DNA from: Lytechinus pictus
Taxonomy: Eukaryota
Direction of reading: 5' to 3'
Length of the DNA: 64,000 nucleotides
NCBI RefSeq assembly: GCF_037042905.1
Contig: NC_087250.1
Coordinates: 15,564,001-15,628,000, forward strand
The notes under the pieces are model-generated. The model worked only from the letters and a program-made list of their open reading frames with translations. It was not told the DNA's origin and did no database searches. A program made the translations under genes and the position numbers. Below are positions 1 through 13,420 of this stretch, in pieces (position 1 is the first letter of the stretch; the number at the start of each line of letters is the position of its first letter).

Positions 1-180
1 AGTTTTTTGGTATACGTGGTGTACAGTGGTTTAAGAATTATTTGAGTAATCGTTTCCATTTCACATGTTATAATAATTTTGTTTCCAAAATATGAAGAGG
101 ATCCAGTGTGGAGTCCCACAGGGCTCTTTACTGGGTCCTCTCCTTTTCTTGATCTATATAAATAATCTGAGCTCTTCTTC
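1..180 (+). mobile_element. Degenerate LINE (CR1/L2 group) RT fragment, 5' part of host element
   Basis: Translates to CGVPQGSLLGPLLFLIYINNL; continues at ~1609 after a nested insertion. Confidence 0.8.
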
Positions 181-1608
181 TTGATACCGTGGACCATGAG
201 CTGCTTTTAAAGAAATTAACTTGCATTGGTTGTAGTAAGAGGACTATCACTTGGTTCAAATCATATTTATTTGATCGACAACAAGTGACACAATTTAAAG
301 GAGCCAAATCGCACCCTTCAATCGTCAAATTAGGCGTGCCACAAGGGTCAATTCTAGGTCCCCTTTTATTTTCAATATATGTTAATAGTTTACCTGAATG
401 TATTCATGAAGGTATTATAGATATGTACGCTGACGACACGACACTTACCGTCAGTGCGAATGATGCGACAGTTTTGGAAGAAAAATTAACTGTTGCATTA
501 AACAAGGTCATGGCATGGATTAAAGATAATCAGCTCGTCCTCAACACTGAAAAAACTTGTGTCATGATAATAGGTTCTCGTGCTAATCTCAGGAAAATAG
601 ATTCTTTCACGATTTTGTTAAACGGTGATTTGATAAATAGAGTTCAATTCACCAAATGCTTAGGAGTTTTGATAGATGAAGAACTGAAATGGTCAAAACA
701 AATAGAAAATGTATGTAAACTTACTCAGAAAAGCATTGGCATAATAAAGAGAGCGAAAAGTTCTTTGCCTGTGCAGTCCTTAAAGTTGCTTTATAACAGT
801 TTAGTGTTGCCAAGATTTGATTACTGTTCTGCTGTATGGTCGAATAGATTTCAATCCCATACAATTAAGCTGCAAAAAATTCAGAAGAGGGCTGCAAGAA
901 TTATATTGAACAAGACATACGACACACCGTCGGCTGATTTGTTCACAAGTCTTAAATGGATGACACTAGACAAACGATTTGAGCTCAGTCGCGTTTTGAT
1001 GATATTTAAATGTGTCCACAGTTTAGCACCTTCTTACCTTCAGGTAAACTTAACCAATCCAAATGATGTACATGAACATCATACCAGACAGAGAGACAGT
1101 GGCTATTTACGCGTGCCCAAGTTTCGCACTGATTGTTATAAGTGTAGTCCAATCGTATCTTCAATATTTAAATGGAATAAGCTTGATAATTCAATTAGAA
1201 CATCTCCTTCTGTCATTTCATTTAAGAGAATGTTTAAAAGAACTTGTAATTTATAAATAACTTGCGGAACATCCACTGTTGTGCTTATTTTGTGTTAGCA
1301 TGACCTTGATGATTTGGTGTATATTATCAGTATTTTCAAGATGTCCTTCTTAATTAATTTGATTTATTGATATTTTATTATACGTCAAACGAGTGCCCGT
1401 CTGCGTTTTGTTTGCTGCTAAGTTTGTTAATGTTTCGTTTTACATTCAAATCCTAATGTGAATCTTAATGATGTAACATTCTGTACATACGTTATGCATT
1501 TTGTAAATATGTTTATTGTTATTCAGGGCCTCATGGAAGACCACTCCTTATTGGTGAATGGGCTACCCTGTCAAAATATCAGAAATAAATAAATAAATAA
1601 AATAAAAA
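181..1608 (+). mobile_element. 5'-truncated LINE (CR1/L2 group), intact 355-aa RT/C-terminal ORF 189-1256, 3' UTR and (AAAT)n tail
   Basis: DTVDH, GVPQGSILGPLLF, YADD, CLGVLID and LQKIQKRAARII motifs; (aaat)n tail at ~1585-1608. Confidence 0.9.
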
Positions 1609-2672
1609 TCCTTTTTTCGTTTTATACTGTTTGCCGACGATACCAACTTAATTGCATGTCATAAAGATTTCAATAAATTAATATTACAGGTAAATAGAGA
1701 ATTAGAAAATGTTATACAATGGTTTGATGCTAATGAATTAATTATAAACAATGACAAAACGTGTGTATTATATTTTAATAGAAAATCCCACCCATATAAT
1801 TGTAATAATATTAGAATACTTATAAACCATGTTAATTTGAATGTGTGCACTTAAGTTAAATTTTTATGAATAATTCTTGATGATACTCTATCTTTCCAGG
1901 ACCATCGACAATATATTGCAAACAAAATATCTAAAAACATTGGTATCCTCCGTAAATTACGTGTATCCCTACCTCAAAATGTATTATTTATGTTGTATAA
2001 CTGTTTAATTTTACCATACTTATTTTGTACCATTACCTGGGCAGCAGTGGGGAAAACTAAATTAGAATCTTTATACAAACTGCAAAAGAAAGCCCTTAGA
2101 ATATGTACAAATTCTCATTTTCAAGCTCACTCTCGTCCTATATTTTTAGGTTACAAACACTTACGATTTATGATATATATATACATTCCAAATTGCCATA
2201 ATGATGTTTAATGTTAATGATAGTATTGCACCTAAAATAATTTGTCAAATGTTTACTCTTAATAAATCTATCCATTCCCATAATACCCGCTCATGTATAA
2301 AATACCATTACCCAAAGGTTTCGTCTCAGTCCTTATTCAACTCCTTTAGACACAATTACGGTCCCCGTATTTGGAACAATTTACCTAATAATTTTATTGA
2401 AGAAACATCTCGTTTCTTCCTATTCCTTGTAACTCTATTTTAAGTACCTATGTATCATGCGTGTCATGGTGTGTGTGTGTGTGTGTGTGTGAGTTTGTAT
2501 TATATCGTAACATGTGTTTCTCTTCCCTGTTTTGGGGACTGACTTACAAGTTTTTTTTAACTTTCATATTAGTCTCCAATTTCATTCATTAGATTAAATC
2601 TCGATTGTTGCATGTTACTTTGTATATATTTTATGATTTTATGATTGAAATAAAATTGAATTGAATTGAATT
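1609..2672 (+). mobile_element. 3' remainder of host LINE, frameshifted and stop-disrupted, (TTGAA)n tail
   Basis: LFADDTNL at ~1627, KLQKKALRICT, GPRIWNNLP; aataaa followed by (ttgaa)n at ~2649-2672. Confidence 0.85.
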
Positions 2673-2869
2673 GTGTGAATTTTAAACCCCCGATGATGTC
2701 AAAAATAGATATGACTAAAATCCCAATGAGTGTCATTCAAAGTTTGAATGCGTGAGATTGGTGTACATCTTCAGAAATCTAGATGAGGGAGTGGTAAAAA
2801 TTTAAGGGGCTGTGGCCCCTCTCCGTGTTACAGTTACTTCCATAAAGACCCTGCCGATGTATGTGTTTA

Positions 2870-3031
2870 TACCTCGGTCACATTTGCTCTACGGCGAGTC
2901 GAAAACAGCCGTTTTAACATTTTTTGTACCAGCTACACCCGCAGCTACATATAGGTGGTTTGAATAAAAATGAATAAAACGGCTGTTTTCGACTCGCCGT
3001 ACGGCCGCCGTAGAGCAATGTGTCCGAGGTA
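2870..3031. mobile_element. Harbinger/PIF-like MITE
   Basis: TIR tacctcgg(t/a)cacatt..gctctacggcg; TTA TSD at 2867-2869 and 3032-3034. Confidence 0.8.
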
Positions 3032-4149
3032 TTAAGGAGAAATAAGTTAACACTGCTAGTCTTGTAGTTGTTTTTTTAAGAAAATAAATAATTCATCTTA
3101 AAAGATAATTGATGTTTTGAATTAGGAAAACTATACGGAATGGGTTTAGGGTTAGGGTTAGTTAATCTACGTAATAGCTTTATACCACATAATTATCCAA
3201 ATCCATCTACTCTCAATATAGTGTAATTCCGCGATTAGTATAGTTTTCGTCTTATTTTTTATTTATTTTTTTCTTAGTCAAATTGAAAATTAGTCCACAA
3301 AGATCTTTCATCTGGCCGTAGGTCAACAGACTGATTAATGTTAGTTAAAGTGGATATAGCTAAATAGAAATTAGATAAACAGAAACAGAAACCCCCGAAA
3401 TTAGTGTTCTGAGTCTGCTTCTTTATTCATCATGGCTGCCATATTCTGTAACAGGTTTGTTTCTTTTATCCCCTCATCTCCCCCCCCCCCCTCTCGTTCT
3501 CATCTGATTTTTGGCTTTCTGTCCTCCTTCACTACCTCTTAACTCTCTCTTTCTTTCCCTCTTTTCAATATTTTCTTTCATTCTCTCTTTATATCTCTAT
3601 CCCTCTCCAATACCCTGGTTTAAGCAATGTATTAGTTTTTCTATCGTTGAAGAAAAATAAAAACATGATGAGCAAGTTGCGAGCGAGTGAAGGGTCGAGC
3701 ACAAAATTTGAACTTTTGGATACAAACGTCTTATATGTGATAGGTTTCAATGACATAGTATATTTTAAAAATGATATCATGTTTTACCTTTTTTATTTTT
3801 CTCTCCCATTCCTTTCCCCTAGCATTTCAAGCATCGAAATGTAACATGAAAAGATTTTGTCCCCAATTAAAAGACAAAGCTATAATGCTACACTGTAAAA
3901 ACTGTGGTGTTAAAACTGACACCAATTAGTGTTAATAGAGGACCACACCCTGAGGTGTTAAAATAACACCCTATAGATTGAACATAACACCAAAGAGTGT
4001 AAATGTAACAACCATAGGTGTTGTAATAACACCTATAGGTGTAAAACTAACACCACCAATTTAACACCGGTGTAAAATAACTGGTGTGGTCCATGTACAC
4101 CGGTTAACGGTTAACAAGCAGAATTTGATAGTATTCTCAAGCCTGAAAA

Positions 4150-5000
4150 GTTTTTTTTCCCATTCTCCCTCTGCTCTCCTTTTCTTCATTTTTTCCTTCC
4201 CTTGACCTGTACTTTTTCCTATCTACCTTCCTGGCCTTCCTTCCTTCTTTCCTCCCATCATTACTTCCTTCTTTCCACCTCCCTTCATTCTTAGTTATTT
4301 CTTTCCTCCCATCATTACTTCCTTCTTTCCACCTCCCTTCCTTCTTAGTTATTTCTTTCCTTCTTTCTTTCTTCCTTCTCCCACCTTTCCTTCCTTCCTT
4401 CCTTCCATCCTCCCTTCGCGGGCGTTCCTTTCATTCCACCCTTCCTTCCTTCTTTTTTCTTTCTTTCTTTGTTTTTTCTTTCATTCAAGGCTTTCCTTTC
4501 AAAATTCTTCCGTCCTATTTTTCTTCGTTCCTTCTTTCATACCTCCCTTGTTTGCTTGCTTCCTTCCTCCCTTCCTTCATTCCTTCCTCTTCTTTTATTT
4601 ATTTTTCTTTCTTTGTTTATTCCTTCTTTCCTTTCTTCTTCCGTCCTATTTTTCTTCGTTCCTTCTTTCATCCCTCCCTTGCTTGCTTGCTTCCTCCCTT
4701 CCTTCCGTCCTTCATTCCTTCCTCTTCTTTTATTTTTTCTTTCTTTCTTTGTTTATTCCTTCTTTCCTTTCTTTCTTCCGTCCTCTTTTCTTCGTTCCTT
4801 CCTTCCTCCCTCCCTTGCTTCTTTCCCCTTCCTTCCTTCGTTAGTTCGTTCCTTCTTTCTTTCCTCCCTTCTTTCCTTCCTCCCTTCCTTTCTTAATCCT
4901 CCCTTCCTTCCTTCCTTCCTCCCTCCCCCTCCCTTCCTTCCTTCCTTCCTGGCTTCCTTCGCATGATCCTTCCTCCCTCAATTTCTTCCTTCTTTTTTTT
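4150..5000. repeat. Pyrimidine-rich low-complexity tract, (CCTT)n/(CTTT)n with internal duplications
   Basis: Direct inspection. Confidence 0.9.
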
Positions 5001-7075
5001 TCTATTTGCTGTCCATCATTTTGTCGAAAGCTGAGAGTTGCTTTCATATTAATTTATTCATACAGGGTAGCAGTTACAGAACTATATTTTACAACGACCG
5101 TGTTCCTATATATCATACAATTATAATGAATATAATTTGATTAGTAATATTTACATGATCAGTAGCACAATTATATAGTTATATTATAGGCTTATACACA
5201 ATAAGCCAGAAGAATCGAAAAAAAAACATATCTCTTAAGATCTATATAAGCAATGAATCTATTTATTTCGTAAAAATAGTTTAAAAAATGATAAAAAAAT
5301 AAAACTAATATCAATTAAACTCTCGCATGTAATATTCAGCATTCAATACATCATACACAGGTAAATACAAAGTAAACTTAATATTTTCATAAATGAAAAT
5401 TGTCGTATTTTTTCCCTGAAAAGTAGGCCTAATAAAAATTTGCATTCAATATACCCCCCCCCCCCAGGGGGGGGGGGGAAGTACTCACGAAATAAGGCAT
5501 ACGGGGAAGTGCCGCTGCATGGAATGGGTCGCTTTTTTAAAGAAATCCCTAAACATGGAGTTTGGTTTTATTCTGGAAAATCCCTTAACATGGCCCAAAT
5601 TGTTAGATACTGGCCTTAAATATGGGTCCATGGCCCCAATTGTTAGATATACTGGCATTAAACATGGATCCATATTCTCCTCCAAATTTGGGTGACAACC
5701 TCTTTTTTTTTTTTGCTTCTCAAATTGTAATAATTATTGATTATTATATTTTTTTAACCTCTAAATAATTAGATCTATTCTGAATTCAGTACATCATACT
5801 ACAACAGAGGTATAAGTATATAGAAACTTAATATTTTCATAAATTTTACATTGTCGTACGTTTTTCCACAAAATAAATGATATTACCTAATAAATAGGCC
5901 TAAATGATTGTATTTTGTATTGCCGCAAACAACAATACAAAAAAACTCAATTATGCCCACAGAGATACGATCTTACGTATACGTAAGCTCCCGAAGGGAG
6001 CTAGAGAGGGAACTCTTTCCGCGCGTTTTTATTTCCCATAGGTTTTGTACATAGCCAACATGGCTGCCGGCGGACAATTTGAAGGATGATTTTGGAGGGT
6101 CAATGTTTTATTCATGAGAATGACGTCAAAATACGCATAATGCACTTGTATGATTGGATTAAACGCTAATGTTTTATTCATGTACTCATGCATTAAACAT
6201 TTTTTTCCGTCCCACAATTCCCTACGATATCTGTGCGAAGTGTCGTTCTTTTGGACTCTGCGAATTTGAAGTTTCTGAAACGAAATAGTTAGACTAATTA
6301 TCTGTTTATAGAATTGATGTTCGAAATCATGGTTTCTGAGTGAACTTCATTGGAGCGGAACATCTTGGAGGGAACATCAATACTATTCTAATGACATTCC
6401 ATAGGAATAAAAGTAAGTTACGCTCATTTTCATGTTTTGATCTCACTTACAAATTGTAATGTGTTTGCCGGGGTTCGGGGCTCATCCTGTATTACGCACT
6501 ATGTAAACCTCAATTTCAATATTTCTTTTGCCTGACTTCCAAATAAGTGTGATCATTGAGTTTCTCAAAAATACTATATCTACTCTAGGACTAACTTTAG
6601 GGGTCTATACTATAGTTTGTCGTAGATCTAGACATTCATCGGAATGCTTCATGTAGGTCCAAAGTAAACCTTTATTTCAGTTTTATTGTGATTAGACAAT
6701 TATCAGGGGTAGATGTGGACTTGTTTCCGACCTCCTGTTTTTTAGTAACGACAAACTGTCGATTTTAGGCCAATTCAAATTTAGGTCAATGTAGATTGTA
6801 GGGATATGGTCAGAGCGGGATCCGGCCTTTGATATCGCCGGTGCTAGCCGGCTAGCGAGATTGTCGATGTAGTCATGGGGTATGAAAATAGCGGGGACGG
6901 ACTAGGCCCAAACTTCAAGCTTGAAAGTTGAAGTTTAGGCCTAGTCCGTCCCCTCTATTTCATCTTCATATGAATAAGTATAATTCTCAGCAGGTTCTTT
7001 TATTCAGGAACGCTTTACTTCAGAATAATCAGTGTTGAAATACGATTGACTTAGCATTAATGTCTGTTATGTTAA

Positions 7076-7670
7076 AGGGGAATCCAACCCAAATAAAAAC
7101 TTGTTTTTAAAGGAAAAAGAAAAATGAGACAAGCTGATAGGTAAAAGTTTGAACAATATCGAACAAACAATAAGAAAGTTATGATTTTTCAAAAGTTGTA
7201 AATATTGATAATCACTATACCCATGGAGAATTCAAATTGGCCGCATGTATGATGGCATAGTGATGTAAGGCAAGGACTGCTCTTCCATGTACTCCAATAC
7301 ATAAACTGGCTAAAATATCATTATTTTCAAAAGTTTTACTTCAAACTGTAATTTTCTTTCATGGGGACATAAAACAATATGCTACCTGTGTCATATTTAG
7401 ATTACTGCTCCAGGGGAATGGGTACTTAGGAGAAAACCACAAATCCCTTATAATTAAGTACATGGCCTATGAGAAAGTTGTCCTTGCCCCTTGTCATAAT
7501 TTTCTTACTCAGTTGCCAATTTGAAATCTACATAGTATTAAGGATCTCGATTTGAAAACAGCCATAACTTTCTTATTGCTTATTCGATTTCTTTCAAGCT
7601 TTCACCATTTTTTTTTATTCATTTTTCTTCTTTCTAATACAACATTTTATGGCCAAGGCTGGATTTCCCT
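7076..7670. mobile_element. Non-autonomous Kolobok-like DNA transposon
   Basis: AGGGGAATCCA...TGGATTTCCCT termini, TTAA on both sides, long imperfect inverted arms. Confidence 0.75.
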
Positions 7671-9870
7671 TTAAGTGTTACTTGTCTTAGTCTTAGATTT
7701 GAATGAAATGGCGTAGCCTACCCTAGACCTAAATCAAGTCTATTTGAACAGGATACCCTGGGCCCGGCCTGGGGTGGTAATTTGAAAACGTTCTTAGTGT
7801 TTACTTCATTCAAATGTGATGTGATTCTTAAGTTATACAGGCCCAGCATAGACCAGATTCAGCTATATACAGATGTAGAAATATGTGGTTGGAATCATTT
7901 TACTTTTATAAACAGAGTGAGGTAGGCCTATGCCTCTATGTGATAGAGAATGAAGTTTCGGGTCCAGATAACTTTTTTGTTCTAGTTTGGAATATTCATT
8001 CATAGACCTGGGATATGGGCAGCTGGAAATTTCAAAAATATTGTTTAAGAAGAGTAATTTTATTATCTCTAAAACTCTCAAATTTAAATTGTCAATTGCA
8101 GATCCAATGGGACCAAGTTCTTAGCAGTTCACACCTAGTCAGAAGTACAAAATTGAGAACCATGCCGATCAGCAAGTGTTAGTTACAATCTAATGAGGAA
8201 CAGGATATCTGAATGGAAAAATTGCAAGGTATGCTTACTGTTTTGATAATATACAGGCTGTATCTAAGCTCATCACCCCCCCCCCCAAAAAAAAAAAAAA
8301 ATAAATAAAAAATAAATAAATGAATATTTCCCCTTTTTTGGGAGGGGGTGGGCTATGGCCAATTGTGCTGAAACATGATGCGATATCATGTAATGTTAAA
8401 GTTCCATTGTGAGTTAATATTTGTTTGAATTCAGATTCACCAGTATTTCAATTTCTAAAACTGCATACTAATTATCCATATCTCCTGTTTATACATGCAT
8501 TTGCATAAAAAACTCAAGATATTAACAGTTATCACAAAATTCTGATAAATATTTGAATTAATTTGCACTCTTTATTTTCAAAACATACTGTAGATAGTTA
8601 TATTGATATATGAATTTATCTGGATGTGGGACGAAAGTGACTGCATGTGCTAAACTTGTTTTATCACTGAAGATATAAAATAGAGTTTACATCTTTTTTT
8701 TACTAAACTGGACTAGATGAGTAAAAATAATTTACAGCTTATTATGTTCTTTTCTCTTTTTTACCATGCAGGTTTCCCACTTACTAAGCTGTTTAAGTAC
8801 TGGTATCACAACATAAGTGCCAAGAAGAGATATGAAACGGTCTCAAATTTTTTGCTGGTGCCCCCCCGATGCCGTGACCCACGGTACGCCACTGCAAGTC
8901 TTCATAAATTATGTAGGGTTATTAAGTTGCATTTATTGTTATCTTCATTTAAAAAAAATGTGAAATGGGCTACCACTGCAATAATATATAAATAGACTAT
9001 ATTTCAAAAATAGATTGAATTCTAACCACAGTGACAGTAGACAAATCAAATTTTGTTAATGATTCGCTGATGTATTGATTGGGGAAGGCACTCTTTAGGA
9101 TTCTGGCATTGTGTCCCACCCCCCCCCCCCTTATGAGGAGTGCTCTCACATCAGTAGACTATTTCTTGTCAGCAAATTTGAAAGGAATTTACCAATTTTT
9201 TTGAGTGACAAACTTTTGTGGAAGAAAATAAACGAATATCAAAGGTTTTTATGCTCTTTTATGGAATATTAACTATAGGCTCATCGAGATCCTTTGAATG
9301 AAATTTTAACAAACATTGTACAATGTAGAAAAATGTACTTAATCCTATTTTTGTACATTTATATACCCACTCCATACTACTCTTACCCAGTAACAGCCCT
9401 TTATAGCTATGCATTGCCTTCATTTTTTTAAATACAATTTAATGCTTGGTAGATGCTAATTATTATTTTTATGTTAATGTCAATGTTTTAGAAAATGGAT
9501 TCCTTAATAAACATGTTAATTTTGAATTGAATTTTTTTATCTTGGTAATTTTCATTTATCAATTAATTGTGATGATGTATTGCTTCTGAGCTGTTATGCA
9601 CAAATGGCACAAGATGTTGCACTGTACTGAAATGTGATGATGCCACTGTTACATGAGATCAAACAGCAGTCAATTAAAATATTATTTAAGAAAAATAAGG
9701 ATAAGAGTGGGAAAGAAAGTAAAATGACAGGAGAATTATTTGCTTGTATGCATATAGTTATGTCAGTTTCTGAGAGAGAGACATACAGAAAGAGAGAGAG
9801 ATGGGGGGGTGAAAGTTCAGTTTGTTTTGAAAGAAGCAATTATAAGACCTTACTGTTCATGACGGGTAAC

Positions 9871-10190
9871 AGGGGAGTGTTTCATCAACATTTTCATCCG
9901 ACAAGTTGTCAGGGGACCGTTTCATCAACATTTTTGTCTGACAAGTTGTCAGATCTGACATCTTTCCTTGATTCTGATTGGCTGAGAGGCACTGTTACTA
10001 TAGTAACTGTCGGATAAAATGGGACTTGTCGGATAAAACGTCCGACAAGTCCTTCATGAAACGCCCCCCGGATCTGACATCTTTCTCTGATGTTGATTGG
10101 CTGAGAGGTACTGTTACTATGGTAACTGTCGGATAAAATGGGACTTGTCGGATAAAACGTCCGACAAGTCCTTTCATGAAACGCTCCCGG
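9871..10190. mobile_element. Tandemly duplicated MITE (ggggagtgtttcatcaac...atgaaacgctccc); another copy at ~53143-53290
   Basis: TIRs, internal duplication and a dispersed copy. Confidence 0.7.
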
Positions 10191-12499
10191 GGGGGGGGGG
10201 GGGCTAATTATTTCTCCAAATTTTTGAAACCTGCATATAAAATGTATTTTTTCTTTCCAAATGAAAATTACACCAGATTCATTTTCAGTTGAAAATAAAA
10301 AAGAAATAGCCTACGATCGGTTTGCTCTCTTGCCTATTTAATTTTGAGAACCCCCTCCCCCCTAAAATATAGTATATACCTAGGTCATGATTATTGATGT
10401 TTGACATAGAAGTCGCCATTTAAAATTAAGTGCTCCGAGGACTGCTATTCATAATAGGACTTATATTGGAGACTACAATTATGGAAAAGAATTTGATTTG
10501 TTATTATCTTTGTTTATATTATGAAAAGAGGTTCATTTCGTTTTCTGCAATAAAAAGAAAAAAGGGCTCCAGAAACTTAAAGAGATGTCATCGTATATGG
10601 CAACATTTTCTTTGGGAACCTCCTCTGTAATATTTTTTAGCAAAGATCCTGGCCATTTGCAGCTAAAACAAAGCAAAGATGCAGTAATAATCGTAACAAG
10701 CAATAACAAATAGATCATTAAAATAGATGAATAATAAAACTCTGAGGAGGAAAAAAACGAATGATCTGACACGATGTAATCACTGACAGACACCATAAAC
10801 GATATTAATCAGGTCGCGCATTATGCTAATTAGTGACAAAATACTAATTTACATATTTTTACGCTATGCGCGAAGGACGTTCCGTGACCACGCCTTCATT
10901 TCGCTGGTGTACCAAAACAGTGGCGGTGTCCATTGGCTTGTATACGAAAAATGGGAGCAGTGTGCACTTTTGACCCTCCAAAATTTTCTTCAATTCTGAC
11001 CGGATGCAGAAGCGGAGTTTCACCCCCCTGATTATGCCACATAATGTCGCCATCTGCTGTTTTATTTGAGTGCAATGTTTGATGACGTCTGCCTGTACTG
11101 TCACTTTCTTCGTCAAGATTTGTGCTGACGGATCATATTTTCAATCTAATTTCTTTTTATCCCCAGCTTTCAATGCAGTTGAAAAGAAACGTGAGTACCC
11201 TTGATATTTGAAATATATGATTAAAGAGGAGCCTCCATTTTTAGCTGTGAATGTGTGGATATTAATGTTAGGTCTGATATTCAGTCCCATCCGTATGTTT
11301 CTATGTTAGGTCTAAGTTAGATCGACATGATCGAGGTCCACTCAAGAGTCAAGGGCACTCACATGTATTGCGAGGTTAGTATATATACTAACCTCGCACA
11401 ACCAACGTGTTTACACGATGCATTTTAGAGTTGTCGTTAACATCGGTTCATAACGTGAATTATTTTAGCCGAAGCCAATTCCGCTACTCTCCAGGGCTTT
11501 TTCTGGTGAAAACTAAAGCATTCCATTTTCAATTTTTAACCACTCTGGGGCTACACCGCTATTCCAACGCGTGTTGGAAAAGTCGACGCCAGACGGGTAC
11601 GTTTTGGCCTTGAATTTCCAGCAAATTCATATAAATTACGGCCTAAATTTAGGTCTAACTTATTCATTATATACTAATTTCTTAATTATAATGTAAAATG
11701 GTTACTCACGGGTTCTTTTCTTTCCAAATTTTGTGTTTTCATCGCCTCTTCTGGCCAACTCTTGCGATGGCTGTTGTCGCCATAGGATCCTGTACATGCA
11801 AATCCAGGGCGAGTTGTCACATGACGCTCGCGAGTCTCTAGGGGTAATGGCCTTTAATCAAGACGTTCTTTTTGCTATAATTTTATAATGACGCTTAAAT
11901 ATCGAAATCAATGTAGACGAGTCTGTGCAGGGGCATAGCACATGTCGCGTGTGGAAGATAATAGTTACGTAATGTAAGTCCCGAGCACTAGCGTACCTAG
12001 GGGGGCAGTCTGCCCCCCCCCCCCGATGAGTCACAAACCCATGCAAATTACGTATCTCTGCCCCCCCCCCTGACGAGCTTGAAGACCTTTTTTTTTTTTT
12101 TTTTTTTTTGCTTGTCAAATTTTTTGGCGGCCGATTTTGCCCCCCTGTGGAAAATCCTAGGTACGCCACTGCCCGCACTACATGCATGTTGGTAGCACTG
12201 GGACCTCTGGATATTAACTAATCCAATTTAATTACAGATGGCAGATTTTTTTTATTATCTGAGTAGATCCCCCCCCCCCCCGGATTATTTGTTCTCACAT
12301 GACTTTCCTTCCATTTTACATTTCCTTTCGTTCTTTCTTTCTTTCATTTTTTCTTTCTTTCTTTCTTCCTTCCTTTGCTCTTATCATGTTTTTTTTCAGG
12401 TGAAATCCACTCAGGGGATGGCCAGCCATGCCCCCATCTGTTTACGCCTCTGAGATGTAGGCTATACTCATGATCTTAATCTTCGATTTTCCAAAGTAG

Positions 12500-13420
12500 G
12501 GGGGTGCATTTTCTCAAGTAAAATTTGACAACCCCCCAAAAAAAGGTTATCACAGAAAAATTGTCATTTTGTCTCGCGTAAGATTTGACAAGTAAAACAA
12601 AAAAGATGGTTACTAAAAATAAAAGACTGTCATTTTGTCCGTGTAATATTTGGCAAGCCTCCCCCCCCCCCCAAGGTTAACATATCGGAGGCGCGATAGC
12701 TCAGTCGGTAGAGCGGGGGTTTCGGATTCCGGTGACCCAGGTTCGATTACCAAGTGGTGCGCTAGTGCCCTTTGGTAAGGCATTTATCCTCATTACCAGG
12801 TCCCTCGGAGAGGACCTTAAGCCGTCGGTCCACTGGTTGCTTGCTCACAGGCATTCGTGCTTGTTTAGCAGTCAGGTAAAAAATATCGATATAACATAAC
12901 ATTAAAAAAAAGTGAAGGTCATTTTGTCCTGCGTGAAATTTTAAAAGTAATAAAAAGATGGTCACTAAAATTGAAGTTCATTTTGTTTGTGAAATATTTG
13001 GCAAGCCCCCCCCCCCCCCAAAAAAAAGGTTTTAACTAAAAATGATTGAAGGCCATTTGTTCCTCTTAAAATTTGTCAAGTATAAAAAAAAATCACTAAA
13101 AAATGAAGGTCATTTGTCCCACGTAAAATTTGACAAGCCCCCCCCTAAAAAAAAAAAAATGAAAGGTAACTGATAATGATTGAAGATCATTTTTTTCTTG
13201 CGTAAAATTTTACAAAAAAAGTGTGTCACTATTTGGCGAGCCCCCTACCCCCCCCCCCAAAAAAAAAGGTTTAACTAATAATGATTGAAGGTCATTTTGT
13301 CTCTCGTAAAATTTGACAAATAAAAAAAAGTTGTCACTAAAAAAAGAAGGTCATCTTGCCGCACGTTATATTTGGCAAGCCCCCACCCCCCCCCTAAAAA
13401 AGTTTGTCATTAAATATCGA
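12500..13420. repeat. Degenerate ~120-bp tandem repeat (aaatttgacaag-polyC-polyA-gaaggtcattttg) interrupted by a SINE
   Basis: Recurrent motif units. Confidence 0.65.
12688..12885 (+). mobile_element. tRNA-derived SINE
   Basis: A box TAGCTCAGTCGG, B box GGTTCGATT, then a SINE-like body gtgccctttggtaaggcattt. Confidence 0.8.

Noticed and set aside
3140..3162. Telomeric TTAGGG repeats
   Set aside because: Only 2-3 degenerate units, typical of the MITE interiors seen here
4469..5047. F/L/S/P-rich ORFs
   Set aside because: Simple-repeat artefacts
11709..11783. Minus-strand first exon (ATGGCGACA...|gtgagt)
   Set aside because: In-frame TGA after 14 codons and no downstream exons found; probably transposon interior
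12688..12760. tRNA gene
   Set aside because: Acceptor and T stems do not close well and the sequence continues into a SINE body
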